From the NCBI GenBank assembly GCA_030167865.1, contig JALAGF010000438.1, positions 1 through 64,000 of the forward strand: a stretch of 64,000 nt of DNA, in the 5' to 3' direction. A program made the position numbers and the translations under genes. Under the pieces are notes generated by a model that was not told the origin of the DNA, made no database searches, and saw only the letters and a list, made by a program, of their open reading frames with translations. Shown piece after piece: positions 24,801-34,540 of the stretch (position 1 is its first letter; every line of letters begins with the position of its first letter). The DNA comes from Craspedostauros australis (Eukaryota).

Positions 24801-25302
24801 CTTCGCGTTGAAAGACAGGCTGCAAGCCGCGACCGCCAGAGCCGAAAGCGCGGAGAAGTCGCTCATCACCTTCCAATCGCCATCCAGCAACAACGGACTG
24901 TCCGGGTCACTCACAACACGTCGCATGTACGAGGTTGAAGGAGGCGGCGTTGGATTCACCGAGCCATCTGCAACGCGCCGTCGCGTCAAGGGCGGAGCGA
25001 GGATGCGGCACGGTTCCAACAACGTGCGCTCCATACGATCCGCGCTCAAGATCGGGTCTTCGCAACGAGGAGCCAACAACGCCGATTGCGTATCGACCAC
25101 CGTTGATGCCATCGATGCCTGGACGATCGACACGGGCGCCATCCTGCGACAAGAACCGCTGGCTCGATTCGCCTTCATCGTTTACATTTCCATCTTGCAT
25201 CTTTGGTCCTTCGCATTGGTCATCTTCCACACAGCCGAAGCCCCGCACGGTGATTTCGGATCGATGGGGAGCAATCCGCGCAACTGGAGGAATCATGGGT
25301 AG
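21868..25302 (+). CDS. GOLGA5: Golgin-84-like tail-anchored Golgi coiled-coil protein, 1144 aa
   Basis: The N-terminus MSRWLQSVNTLLETLD resembles the golgin-84 N-terminal motif. It is followed by an acidic disordered region and a long coiled coil. The C-terminal LRQEPLARFAFIVYISILHLWSFALVI transmembrane segment has the conserved Y and H of the golgin-84/CASP family. Confidence 0.75.
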   Translation: MSRWLQSVNTLLETLDGQAEQVRDETQNALSALLTNPDANASTDDDDDEDYMDVDAGGSGADGYIDDDDDNDANEDTDDGSYFDQTFDGDLEYDEDADDGGNDPTAAAAGGVVQSAIEDAGVQFEEVNDYDDYTEEEVLASSEDDEEEIEIEIEDDDDNDDGEIGNEGDLDSTHAGQYDSGGLNNTGNLDDVDVDDDDDDGVSLPIQTSHHGGPGGEGNDADTVSDLSCSQYGEELQDNMLVAGEYSHTTFPRIDTKEEQNDVPPKTPNRQLSDKERRQGDQNHRLNLDQQGRAFHDTTEPLTGGDEGEAEAKAGAGADAGTGVSSPPFGDGAVPAGASTSAPNTGAPALHQPTTAMRARRRASGAELSARSMLDESPIPPRRSLDVDTRFLASSSSGAINASRKDSPDHGAAGADSMDVVNGHNSGDFGDGSRKSRSGHTSRAGTSGGGDNEQPPKPPTRQPSHPRSTENASAVHSTNDHGRPTDAMPANLTPATTPAKTAKGTVAAESQVRVSPMPSASKKNRKKAPVQRPKATSEDASSKKQGSPSQLPKQSQQPSNPQLQKQRQEIQHWQQKAQAMQEKYKKAQAELKQAQAKNKQAEKQLKLVEVRLETSNAEIEAQQKELQSAAERLERDRQRTQDERDDLLDEQEEELERLTTNHAQEMDQQKKKYEQQIAALQKQVNLEEAKRKQEGGDWTKELQDALDRERDALKQLYEVKGERASLQVQLKEFQTKTTSLQTKLSASTDSANLVAQREHELDEKLEATISLHAKQMKQRQAREAELEQTIFQLGAALTAAKQETASGGNAAGSALAAVSGSNGGDPDAMALAAVQAQAARLSQEVKDGRANFERLTDELETTKGSLMTETHRREALQKELEDISNERRQDESAALARQREQEEKVSWLEATVAKLQLRQETDTINSLGTRSSTANTTVSDARYQKMAAELDLSRQEVSKLSEQLVRHQGKAKATASENFALKDRLQAATARAESAEKSLITFQSPSSNNGLSGSLTTRRMYEVEGGGVGFTEPSATRRRVKGGARMRHGSNNVRSIRSALKIGSSQRGANNADCVSTTVDAIDAWTIDTGAILRQEPLARFAFIVYISILHLWSFALVIFHTAEAPHGDFGSMGSNPRNWRNHG

Positions 25303-27145
25303 AGTACGAGTACGAGTACGAGTAGGCGTACGAGCGTGTCATCTGAATGCTCAACTATTAGAGTGTTTCGTCACAAATCTCCAGGCGAACTTCTCTACTA
25401 TGCTACCTACGACTATGCTGCACTGTGCTATTGCACTGCGCCGCACGATGCAGTGTTCTCTCCCTGGTCATGTTGGAGCTATCAGAGATAGAATGCATGG
25501 CCTGAGCCTTCTGATGCAACCTGGTGCTCCAACCAGTTGGTTGTCCTGTGCTTCAGTCGTATCCTGCTCGCACGAGTTTTCGTACGCGCGTCAGCAGGAG
25601 ACGGAAGATGCCAAGGGCATCATTTTTTGGTTGTCCGCAACCTCTCCCCTCCGATCAGCCTCCAAACCAAGGAATCCACACAAACACAACTTGTGCAGAC
25701 GCCTTTTGCATACGATACCGACCATTTGCGCCGCATTGACGCATTTCAGAGCAGCTCCCACCACTCGACGATGTCCACACTCAAGGGGGAGGAGGACTAT
25801 TATCCCCAGCGATATCAGCTGCAACAACCTCAACGTTGCATGTGCCGCATGCACGAATACTCTCTGTAGAGTACTCCAACAGAACGGGCACAACCTCTCT
25901 CGTGCACAGCGGAGTGAAGAGGAGTGATGTGATGCGATGCGAGAATGCTCATCAATCAACGAGAGCAGTTTAGCATCTGTCGCAGAACATTGCGTTCAGC
26001 CGTGGACACACATGAGCTGGTCTCGATCGTGTATACAGTGCCACGATGTTCCACTCGAGTGAGCTTCCGAGCGCAGCGTGTACAGCACGATCGTGCCCGG
26101 CTCCACGCAAACGTTCATGCAGAAGTCTCTTTTCCAACACTGCCTCCGAGTCCATGCAACCATCAAGCGATGGAGTGATGGATTGATGGAACAACGAAGT
26201 ATGGTAAGGCTGCCAGAGCTATTCTATTCAACATTGCTCGCACCATAATAGAATCGTGCACAAGAGACAGGTCGTGCTCAAGTGACAGATCTGCTTCAAA
26301 TGTTGGCACAGAGACCATCCGCTCCCCTGTTACGATGCACAATACCCATCGACGGACAAGAATGGTCCAGAACCTACTCGTGGTCAATTTGTGGTCAGAT
26401 TTATTGTCTGGTGTTTCCTCCCAATTTGTCTCGTTTGTTCGTTCCATCTCATTTGTCTTCACCTGAACATCGAAAAACTACTTACAGCGTTGCCTCTCTC
26501 CCTATCTACCATCATCTGCGACGCTCGCCATCAACACCAACATCATCGTCACTCTCGCTTTCACCAACGAGCGCAACCAAACAATGTCAAACTTCTTGGC
26601 AATTGCATTATTGCATGTTACATTTCGTATCTCCGTCTCTGATGAATCCTTCATGATCCTGGTGAGGTCAGTTGTCAATCGCTCAATCCCCGCCTGAGCT
26701 CAAGATGAGATGCATATCATCTCCTTCATGAGATATATGGTCGAGGGATTCAGATTTATGGTTCCTTCGTGAGGACCATGCCAGGCCGCTGATCTTTGGG
26801 GTGACGATGGAGATGCGATACACTCAACTGGGAGATGAAACGGCGAAATGGTGAAGCCATCAAGCTGCGAAGGTGAGAGCGATGATACAAGATATTACGC
26901 CTTGGTCTGATGACAATTGCATCTGATCTGAGGGGTGCGATTGTCTTCATGTCTGCGGTAGGTTGTGGTAGGTTTGCAACGCCAAAGGTTGCAGGAGTGC
27001 AATCGCGAGAGAGCTTATCTGCGATGTCATGGAGCTCATCAACCAACCTTTCTCATAAAATCAAAGTTTCCACACTTCAATTCAAGCCTTCACACAACCA
27101 CAACCGACCAGCCAAACACCACCCTCGCCCCCACAAAACATCAAC

Positions 27146-27898
27146 ATGAAGCTCGTTCTTTCTTCCGCCATCGCCGCTGCCCTCATGGGCATGATGTCAA
27201 GCGTCAACGCCGTCGACCTCATTTTGGAGGACTTCAGAAACCCTAGAAACGGTTGGGAAGTCGTCACCGACCAAGTCATTCCAGGAGGAGCTTCCACGGG
27301 CAAGTTCACACCAGCCAGAGGTTTCTCCAGCTTCAATGGAGAGGTCGAGGACCTCCCCTTCATCCGTGGTCCTGGATTCTCCAAGATCCGTACCACGAGC
27401 AGCGGTCCGTTCCGTGACATCTCGTCGTGCCAGGCCATCGAGGTCATCCTTGGAAGCCAGGTTCCGTACACCGGATTCTACGTTTCTTTCAGCGATGTCC
27501 TCCCAACTCCGACATCGCCAATCCCATTCCAATGGCGTGCACCCGTCCCCATCGGCCGAGGCTCCCTGCGCCCAATCCGTATCCCCCTCACTGAGTTCAG
27601 CAGCGCTTGGGACTTCACGACCGGCCAGATCATCACCCCCTGCTCCGGCAGCAACCGCAGCGTCTGCCCCACTCGCGAGGGGATGCAAAACATCAAGGTC
27701 CTCGAGTTCTGGGCCCAAGGTGTCAAGGGCAAGTTCGACGCCGCTCTCTTGTCCATCAAGGCAGTCGGATGTCGCGGAGATGTCGACATCGACCTCGACG
27801 TTGATATCGTCATGGACGGTGACGTGGACGGCGATGCGCACTTCGTCGCTCACAACGAAGAACACGACAGTGCCGTCAACGACATCGACACGGTCTAA
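27146..27898 (+). CDS. Signal peptide + CIA30 (complex I intermediate-associated protein 30-like) domain protein, 250 aa
   Basis: Hydrophobic signal MKLVLSSAIAAALMGMMSSVNA. CIA30-like motifs WEVVTDQVIPGGASTGKF, FNGEVEDLPFIRGPGF and IRIPLTEF. Four Cys, an acidic tail, strong codon bias, no intron. Confidence 0.7.
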   Translation: MKLVLSSAIAAALMGMMSSVNAVDLILEDFRNPRNGWEVVTDQVIPGGASTGKFTPARGFSSFNGEVEDLPFIRGPGFSKIRTTSSGPFRDISSCQAIEVILGSQVPYTGFYVSFSDVLPTPTSPIPFQWRAPVPIGRGSLRPIRIPLTEFSSAWDFTTGQIITPCSGSNRSVCPTREGMQNIKVLEFWAQGVKGKFDAALLSIKAVGCRGDVDIDLDVDIVMDGDVDGDAHFVAHNEEHDSAVNDIDTV

Positions 27899-29357
27899 GC
27901 TGCCAACGGCGCCGCTTCTAGCTCGATGATCCGAAGCAGGGCTGCAAAGAGCAGCTCGCTGGTAGTATCAGTGCTGCATCTCATGAGAGTTGCCTGGCCC
28001 TCTTCTTTGCATGAACGAAATACACGATGGGCTCTTTCGACAAAACACACATCACCAAGAAAAACAACATAAAAACTAGCAAACAAGAAAGAGTCAACTC
28101 TCACATACAGCAGACCAGTATGGAGCGGCAAAGTCTCCAACGAGAGAGGATTGTCGCAATCGGCGTGCTTACTCGCCGCCTCTCTCTCTCTAGTGGCCCG
28201 TGGCTAATTTCCGGTTTTTGTCGCTTTTTGGTAATTCTTGGCATATCGCCGACGGCACAAGCTGCCATTCGATGAGTTGACGGCCGTTTCCCGACATCTT
28301 CACATCATTGGAAAGAAGAGAGTGAGAGCTCTCTGTTGATGTGTTCATTGTTGGCAAACGGTCTCCGCTTGCTGTTCATCTTGATGCCTCTTTTTACCCT
28401 TTATCGGCCTTTTCGAACGGACGACGTACGGTCGTGATTTCGGATTTTTTCGTTGGTAACCATTGGTAACCGCGTAGAGTCTACGGCATTCTGGTACAGA
28501 AATATGTTGCGTTTTGGTTCAATCTCGACCGACAACCTTCCAAAGACCCGCATCCAATTCTGTTTCGTCTATTGCTCAAGTGAATGGCATGGCTGAATTC
28601 GTCGCTTCATTCTGCTTCGGTTGGTGTGCTGGCCAGCGGTCCAGAATGCTTTTGTGTGTTGCCTTGGGTGCTTGAAGCCAGTCACTAATGCTCGTGACAG
28701 CCATGATCGTCATTCCGTGGACACAGAAAAGTTCGCGCCAAAAATTATCGTGTGTTTGTACGTGACTTTGCGAAAAAACATGTCAATCACACGCGAAAAT
28801 CGTCCGTGAATGATGGGGGTGCTTGATGGATGGCATCAGTGCTCACCGAGAAAGAGATCAGCAGACACCAAACTTCAGGATGATATATAAACGATACATG
28901 ATGCCACAATGTCAAGGTTAGTATAGTAGGGCCGATCCGAGCTAAGTACGGAGAGTTTGACTACGATTGATGCTGCTATGGGACTGTTTTTGTTCGGGAT
29001 TCACGTATAGATTGTACCACGATATACACGGCATTTTTTGTGATCCAATTGCGACCAACTGTAACCAAAAACGTTGGTTACAGCTGTTTGTTCGAAGCAC
29101 TCAAGAGAGATGGAGTGGGAGAGAGAAGGAATCCGAACACGAGAAACGTATCTTTTGATGCCCAACAGGAAAGAACGCTGAGCGAGAGAAACGCTCCCTT
29201 CTCTCTCGAGCGGCCATCCGCAATCCGCAACTCGTAACTCACAACTTCAGTCATCAGCACAAGACAGCACACACACGCATACGTACTATTATACACAACG
29301 AACTGGAGAGAAGAGCACAAGGTAGAAGTCCACACGATATAGTACTTGACCGTCACG

Positions 29358-30314
29358 ATGGGCTGGTTTGGATTCGGAGGCAAGAAAGGCGAGGACGAAG
29401 CGAGGAAGAGCCGCTCAGATGCGGATTCCTCTTCGTTGCAATCCAAGATCTCCAGTATGACTGAGCAGGCTGCGGATGCGGTGATTCCGGACTCTGTTCA
29501 AGACATCTTCACTTCCAACGACAGCAGCAACGCCAACAAGGCAGACATGACGTCCGTGCAAGGCGCCATGATCTCCGCAAAGGACCAGGCCGCCGCTTTC
29601 CGACGACAGCTGATCACCAAGTTCAAGCAGGCCGACGATGACACGCAGCTGCAATACCTCTTGATGACCTGCACGGGAACGTTCGTCGCTGGCATGCTGG
29701 CGGGACGATCCACGACGGCCATTTCCACTTCGTTGAGACGCCTCTCCGCCATGACGGATCTCGCCACGCATCAGATCGGTCCCACTGCGCCCTACCTCAA
29801 GGGACGCGCAGTGCGGGTCAGCGACGGCGATACCATCCGCTTCTACCACGTCCCCACCATGTTCCATGCATCGCGCATACCGGAGAATGTGCGCAAGGTG
29901 TCCGACATCACGCTGCCCATCCGTGTTTGCACCATCGACACGCCGGAGACGGCCAAGTTCGGCAAGTCGGGACAGGCCTTTGGAGAAGAAGCCAAGCAGC
30001 AGCTGCAGGATTTCGCGTTGGATCAGATGATTCAGATTCAGATCCTGACGTTGGATCAGTACGGGCGAGGCGTGGCGCAGGTGCGCAAGCCATCCTGGTT
30101 GGCACCGTTGATCTCTCCCACGTATGCCGACGAGATGATGCTGAAGGCTGGGCTGGCGGAAGTGTACCGTGGCAGCGGCGCCGTGTACGGTCACAAAGGG
30201 TTGGATGCGTATGTGGAGATCGAAGAGGAGGCACAGCGCAAGAAGAGGGGGATGTGGGCACAGGAAAATCGAGAGTCGGCTGCGGAGTACAAGCGGCGCA
30301 CGAAGGCCGAATGA
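29358..30314 (+). CDS. Staphylococcal nuclease (SNase/thermonuclease, LCL3-like) with an N-terminal hydrophobic segment, ~318 aa
   Basis: Catalytic motifs VSDGDTIR, IRVCTIDTPET, GQAFGEEAK, DQYGRGVAQV, MLKAGLAEVY and EEEAQRKKRGMW. Hydrophobic stretch YLLMTCTGTFVAGMLAG precedes the domain. ATG at 29358. Confidence 0.9.
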   Translation: MGWFGFGGKKGEDEARKSRSDADSSSLQSKISSMTEQAADAVIPDSVQDIFTSNDSSNANKADMTSVQGAMISAKDQAAAFRRQLITKFKQADDDTQLQYLLMTCTGTFVAGMLAGRSTTAISTSLRRLSAMTDLATHQIGPTAPYLKGRAVRVSDGDTIRFYHVPTMFHASRIPENVRKVSDITLPIRVCTIDTPETAKFGKSGQAFGEEAKQQLQDFALDQMIQIQILTLDQYGRGVAQVRKPSWLAPLISPTYADEMMLKAGLAEVYRGSGAVYGHKGLDAYVEIEEEAQRKKRGMWAQENRESAAEYKRRTKAE

Positions 30315-30541
30315 TCAGCGAGCAAAGGATGGTGGAAATGTCCTGGACACCCAAAACAGTTGGATTGTTGCAGAGTAAGATTCAAGATCCTTATAACAGT
30401 TTTGCTTCCCTTCGGTTGTATTAGTTACGTCTGCACCAACGGTATCGAGAAGCTTTTTGCACCTGTATCTGCCTCTGCCCTTCTTTCTTTCCCTCTCTCG
30501 AGAAACACCTTTCTGATACACCAGGAGGGGAATCTGTCTGT

Positions 30542-33500
30542 TCACTTGCTCTTGTGCTTCGATGCACCGAGACCAATCTTGGGCTTGCGTCCACTGCCGC
30601 CTTTCTGTCGGCGCACAACCCGCGGTTGAAAGCCAAGGAAAGCGGAGGCCTTCTTGGGTGCTGCAGCGGCGGTGCTGCTACTGCCGGCTTCCTTCTTGCT
30701 ATCTACATTGACCGCGTCAGTATTTGAGTCACCTTCAGGCTTGGTTTCCGCATCGACATCCATATTCGTTCCGCCCCTGTCCTGCTTGCGCTTGATATTC
30801 TGCTTAGTGCTCTTACCTTGGCCTTTCGGGTTGACACGGTGCATCCCGGATGGCACCAGGCTCACAGCCGGCATGTGCGAGCGTTGAATGCTCACCAGCT
30901 TGTCATGCAGACCGATCATTTCATTCAGCTCGATGGCCTTCTCGACGGATTCGCGCTCTTCGAATTGGACCAAGGCCCAGCCCTTGGACTTGCCCTTGCC
31001 GTAATTCACCTTCTCTCTCATGATCTTCACATGGACGATGGCACCGCACCTGGACCGCAGGAGATCGACCACGTCCATGTCTTCGACGGTCTGTTTCAAG
31101 TTCGACACCCGAACAGTGAATGGATGCGCAGGATGCTCCAGCTTTCCGATGCGGACTGTGTGCTTCTTTGGTTTGGCAACTTCGGCCGTGCCGGCATTAT
31201 CATCACCATCATCAGTTGATGGCGGCGGTATGGATTCTGTCGCGGCTGGTGCTGACACGCCTGCTTCCCTCGCCAAACGTCGGCGTTTAGCTCTAATTCC
31301 CTCCGTACCATCTTGACTGTCACCAACATGCTCGTTCGCTGCCGGTGCCGTCGTCGCGTTTGGTGTATGTTGGTCTGCATCATGATCATCCTTCTTTCGT
31401 TTGTGCGACTTCACTTTCGTAGTTCCTTCGCTGGTTTCTTCCACTTCCATGCCCGTTTCGGATGCCGGCGCACCGGAATCTTCAACGCGGTGGAGGCTCG
31501 ATACATCGGTAGCGACAGTAGGTTGAGGATGCTTCTTCAGATGTGTTTGAATCTTCTTGTCGACTGCCTTCTTGGCCTTGGTGAAGCTATCCTTCGACCC
31601 AAAGTAATACTCGAATGTCATGTACTCGTGGCACAGCGCTGTGAGAGCAACGTAATAGTCTCGGTCCGGTCGTTGCGGATTGTTGCTGCTGCTTTGAAGC
31701 TGTTGAAGAGCGGCGATCGACGTCGGGTCGTCCGGCCTGCCGGGTCCGACGGATTTCAATGCGTCTTGGTACAGATGTCGGACCTGTCGGAATTTGGATA
31801 TGACATGCAGCGGTGACGAGACTGGGTAGGTTGCCATGAGCGCATTGATGAATGACAGGTAGACGTCCGGATTGGCGGGCTTGTGGACCTTCAATACGCG
31901 TTGGAACGTCTGAACCATCTTCGTGACTCTTGCCGTCACTCTGTTGGATGCATTGGGTGCGCCTTCCTCCGACAACGCCGACTGCAGCGGTTCCAGCAAA
32001 TGCGTTTCGGTGAATGCCTTGTCGAAGAAGAGTCCCGCACGGCCTTTGGAGTACGGCTTGTGGTTCTTGCGAATGTACTCGTCCACTTGTTCGTATAGTT
32101 CGGAGAGATCCTCGCATAGATCTTGGATCTCACCTTCGACGTCCTCGTCCATGTCACCAGAATCCTTCGATGGCTTTGCGATGGACACGCCTTCATGCCC
32201 ATCAAATGGCTTCCCGACGGCATCCGCGGACGCTGATAGTATCTTGGACCGGATGAGAGAGATGGCCGTCATGTACAGTTCGACGCACAGTTCTGGCGCC
32301 GTGATGAATTTCATGGACAACCCCTCCTTCACTATCTTGGACAAATCTTCCGCATCAAAGGGCGAGCCAGGACAGTGTTTCGAATAGATGGCGTACGCCT
32401 CCAGCTTGGTCTGGAACAAGGATGCGCTGTAGGGGCAGTTGCGAACCGCGCGACCCATCACCGTTCGCAACCTAGCAGCAAGCTTGGCAGCCGACGCTTG
32501 CAGCAGTTCCTTGGATTTTGGATTTGGTGATTTCTTGCTGGTCTTTTTGTTTTCGGCCATGGTGTATCCCGTGATGACGTACTGCAGATGCTTGGCGTAC
32601 GCTGCCCAAACGGTCTCAATGGTCGGGCATTCCGCGATGGCACGTTCGTACACGGCGAATGTCAGGTCCTTCACTCTGGCCAGACCCTGCTTCAGATCGG
32701 AGTATTCGTTGGCGCCGTCAGTTTCAGCGTCGTCATTATCGTCGTCGTCGCCGTCTTGGTATCCAGGCAATTTGAAGCCCCCGCACGCTCTTGCATATCG
32801 GAGGAACGTGGTGGCTGTGCCCATGCCGCCGTATCCCATCCAGCACGTCTTGTCGTCACTGCGCAGCACAGTTCTCCAATCGATCGTATCCAAATCATCG
32901 GGCAGCTTGACTTGATGCCGGGACAAAATCTGTTCCTGATGCATGATGCTGTCGAGCTCGTCTTCGATGGTGGCGAAGGATCCGTACAGTTTGGAGACGT
33001 TGCGACGCGCACCTTCAAGATGCTGCAGCTGAGCCCGTGATGTCGCGGGTGGGATCTGATGTTCCTGGCAGAATTCCTGATATTCTCCCGATATGCCGTC
33101 ATTCTCATCCTTCATTGGAATGCTGGCGCGTTGCACGAAGGTGGCAAGGGCATCATTCACGCGATCATTCTCGATGAGGTAGTTGGCGTACGTGCGGTAC
33201 AGGTGAGCCACGATGGTGTCTTCGTTGCGATGAGACCCATGGCCGATCTGTCGGAAGGCAGATTGAAACGACGTGTCCACCTTCTGCTTCAGCTCGTCAT
33301 CTGCGGAGTCTTCTGCCTGGTTGCACAGCACTTGGAGGAAGTAGAGCTGCATGATGGCGCTTCCCGGGAACTCGGTCAATCCCAGCTCGATGACCTGCAT
33401 CTGCGCATCCCGAGCCGATGCTGCGCTGGTGGACAGCACTTCCAGCAACCTTGCCGTATCGTTCGCGTACTGCATCCAAAACAGCGGCGTCATGGGACAG

Positions 33501-33685
33501 ACATCGCTCAATTCGGTCAGGGCGTTGATGGATTCCTGGTAGGCAGCCAGCAAGGCGGGCTTCTGCTTGGTGATGGCATCGTCATCCTCCTCCTTTGTGG
33601 CAGCGATGTATGCCTCGTCCAACTCGTTGGCCTTGCGACGGCTCGTCACTATCTTGCCCGTCAGAGCATTGTAATCGTACGACAT
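30542..33685 (-). CDS. SART3: SART3/Prp24-like U4/U6 snRNP recycling factor (HAT repeats + RRM), 1047 aa
   Basis: HAT-like motifs CPMTPLFWMQYA, VYERAIAECPTIETVWAAYA and RAVRNCPYSASLF. RRM with TVRVSNL and RNP1 KSKGWALVQF. C-terminal FQPRVVR motif. Confidence 0.75.
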   Translation of the reverse strand: MSYDYNALTGKIVTSRRKANELDEAYIAATKEEDDDAITKQKPALLAAYQESINALTELSDVCPMTPLFWMQYANDTARLLEVLSTSAASARDAQMQVIELGLTEFPGSAIMQLYFLQVLCNQAEDSADDELKQKVDTSFQSAFRQIGHGSHRNEDTIVAHLYRTYANYLIENDRVNDALATFVQRASIPMKDENDGISGEYQEFCQEHQIPPATSRAQLQHLEGARRNVSKLYGSFATIEDELDSIMHQEQILSRHQVKLPDDLDTIDWRTVLRSDDKTCWMGYGGMGTATTFLRYARACGGFKLPGYQDGDDDDNDDAETDGANEYSDLKQGLARVKDLTFAVYERAIAECPTIETVWAAYAKHLQYVITGYTMAENKKTSKKSPNPKSKELLQASAAKLAARLRTVMGRAVRNCPYSASLFQTKLEAYAIYSKHCPGSPFDAEDLSKIVKEGLSMKFITAPELCVELYMTAISLIRSKILSASADAVGKPFDGHEGVSIAKPSKDSGDMDEDVEGEIQDLCEDLSELYEQVDEYIRKNHKPYSKGRAGLFFDKAFTETHLLEPLQSALSEEGAPNASNRVTARVTKMVQTFQRVLKVHKPANPDVYLSFINALMATYPVSSPLHVISKFRQVRHLYQDALKSVGPGRPDDPTSIAALQQLQSSSNNPQRPDRDYYVALTALCHEYMTFEYYFGSKDSFTKAKKAVDKKIQTHLKKHPQPTVATDVSSLHRVEDSGAPASETGMEVEETSEGTTKVKSHKRKKDDHDADQHTPNATTAPAANEHVGDSQDGTEGIRAKRRRLAREAGVSAPAATESIPPPSTDDGDDNAGTAEVAKPKKHTVRIGKLEHPAHPFTVRVSNLKQTVEDMDVVDLLRSRCGAIVHVKIMREKVNYGKGKSKGWALVQFEERESVEKAIELNEMIGLHDKLVSIQRSHMPAVSLVPSGMHRVNPKGQGKSTKQNIKRKQDRGGTNMDVDAETKPEGDSNTDAVNVDSKKEAGSSSTAAAAPKKASAFLGFQPRVVRRQKGGSGRKPKIGLGASKHKSK

Positions 33686-34540
33686 CTCCCAGCAGCTTTC
33701 ACTTGTTTGGATTGACCCAGTTCGGTGGTTGTTTTACTCGTGCTGAAGTGTCGAGTTTGTAACTCTGAGTGTTACGACTATGAATGGTACTGGAGTGCAT
33801 GGGCGGGTTTCGAGGAGAGCATCATGGGGGAGGAAGCCACAGACACATTCCTCGGTTTGGAGTTCCAATTTTTGGTTGGTGATGGGATGATGGGGATCTT
33901 TTCCAATAGGGCTATCTGATTTTGGTGTCAAATGCGTCCCAACGGAGGATGACTTCCAACGTGATTTAGAGCTGAATCAGACGTTGCAATTACCAAAAGG
34001 CTAATATCTATATATTCAAAGCTAGAGAGGGAGACGCAGCGAGCCGCTCTGGTGTTCCGTGCTTTCCGCATGCTCTGCGGTCACTGTCAGATCATCAGAC
34101 GATGGGTGGTGATACAAGCTCTACGGCCTATTGCATTGGTACCATGCATGGATCGCAAAGTCGAACAGTCAAATCAAGTGGCTTTTTCTGTGTCTGTGAG
34201 CGCAAAGTAGTGAGAATTTGGTTTGCCACTGTGCCAATATTGTATTGTGTTGTATGTGCACAGAGCCATAGAGCCACAGGGTATTGCTTTGCAAGCCACC
34301 GTTTCCACATTGGCGCGTTATTTGGGCTGTTGTTTTGGAGAGTCATTCATGGCATTGTGCTGCATCCGATGGCGATGGTGATTTTTACGCTGCTACTGCT
34401 GCTACTGGCTTTCCCACTGCAACTGCACTTCCGCTGTGCGTGTGCAATTGCAAAGCAAAGGGCACAGCATGCTTGTACCATGCCATACCACACCGACCAT
34501 AGTGGCATGGCGGAATGAATTGTGCAATCACGCCATGTCC

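Noticed and set aside
24935..26750. 330-aa and smaller ORFs after golgin-84
   Set aside because: They overlap the golgin 3' end and a (GTACGA)n repeat, with no transposase or RT motifs.
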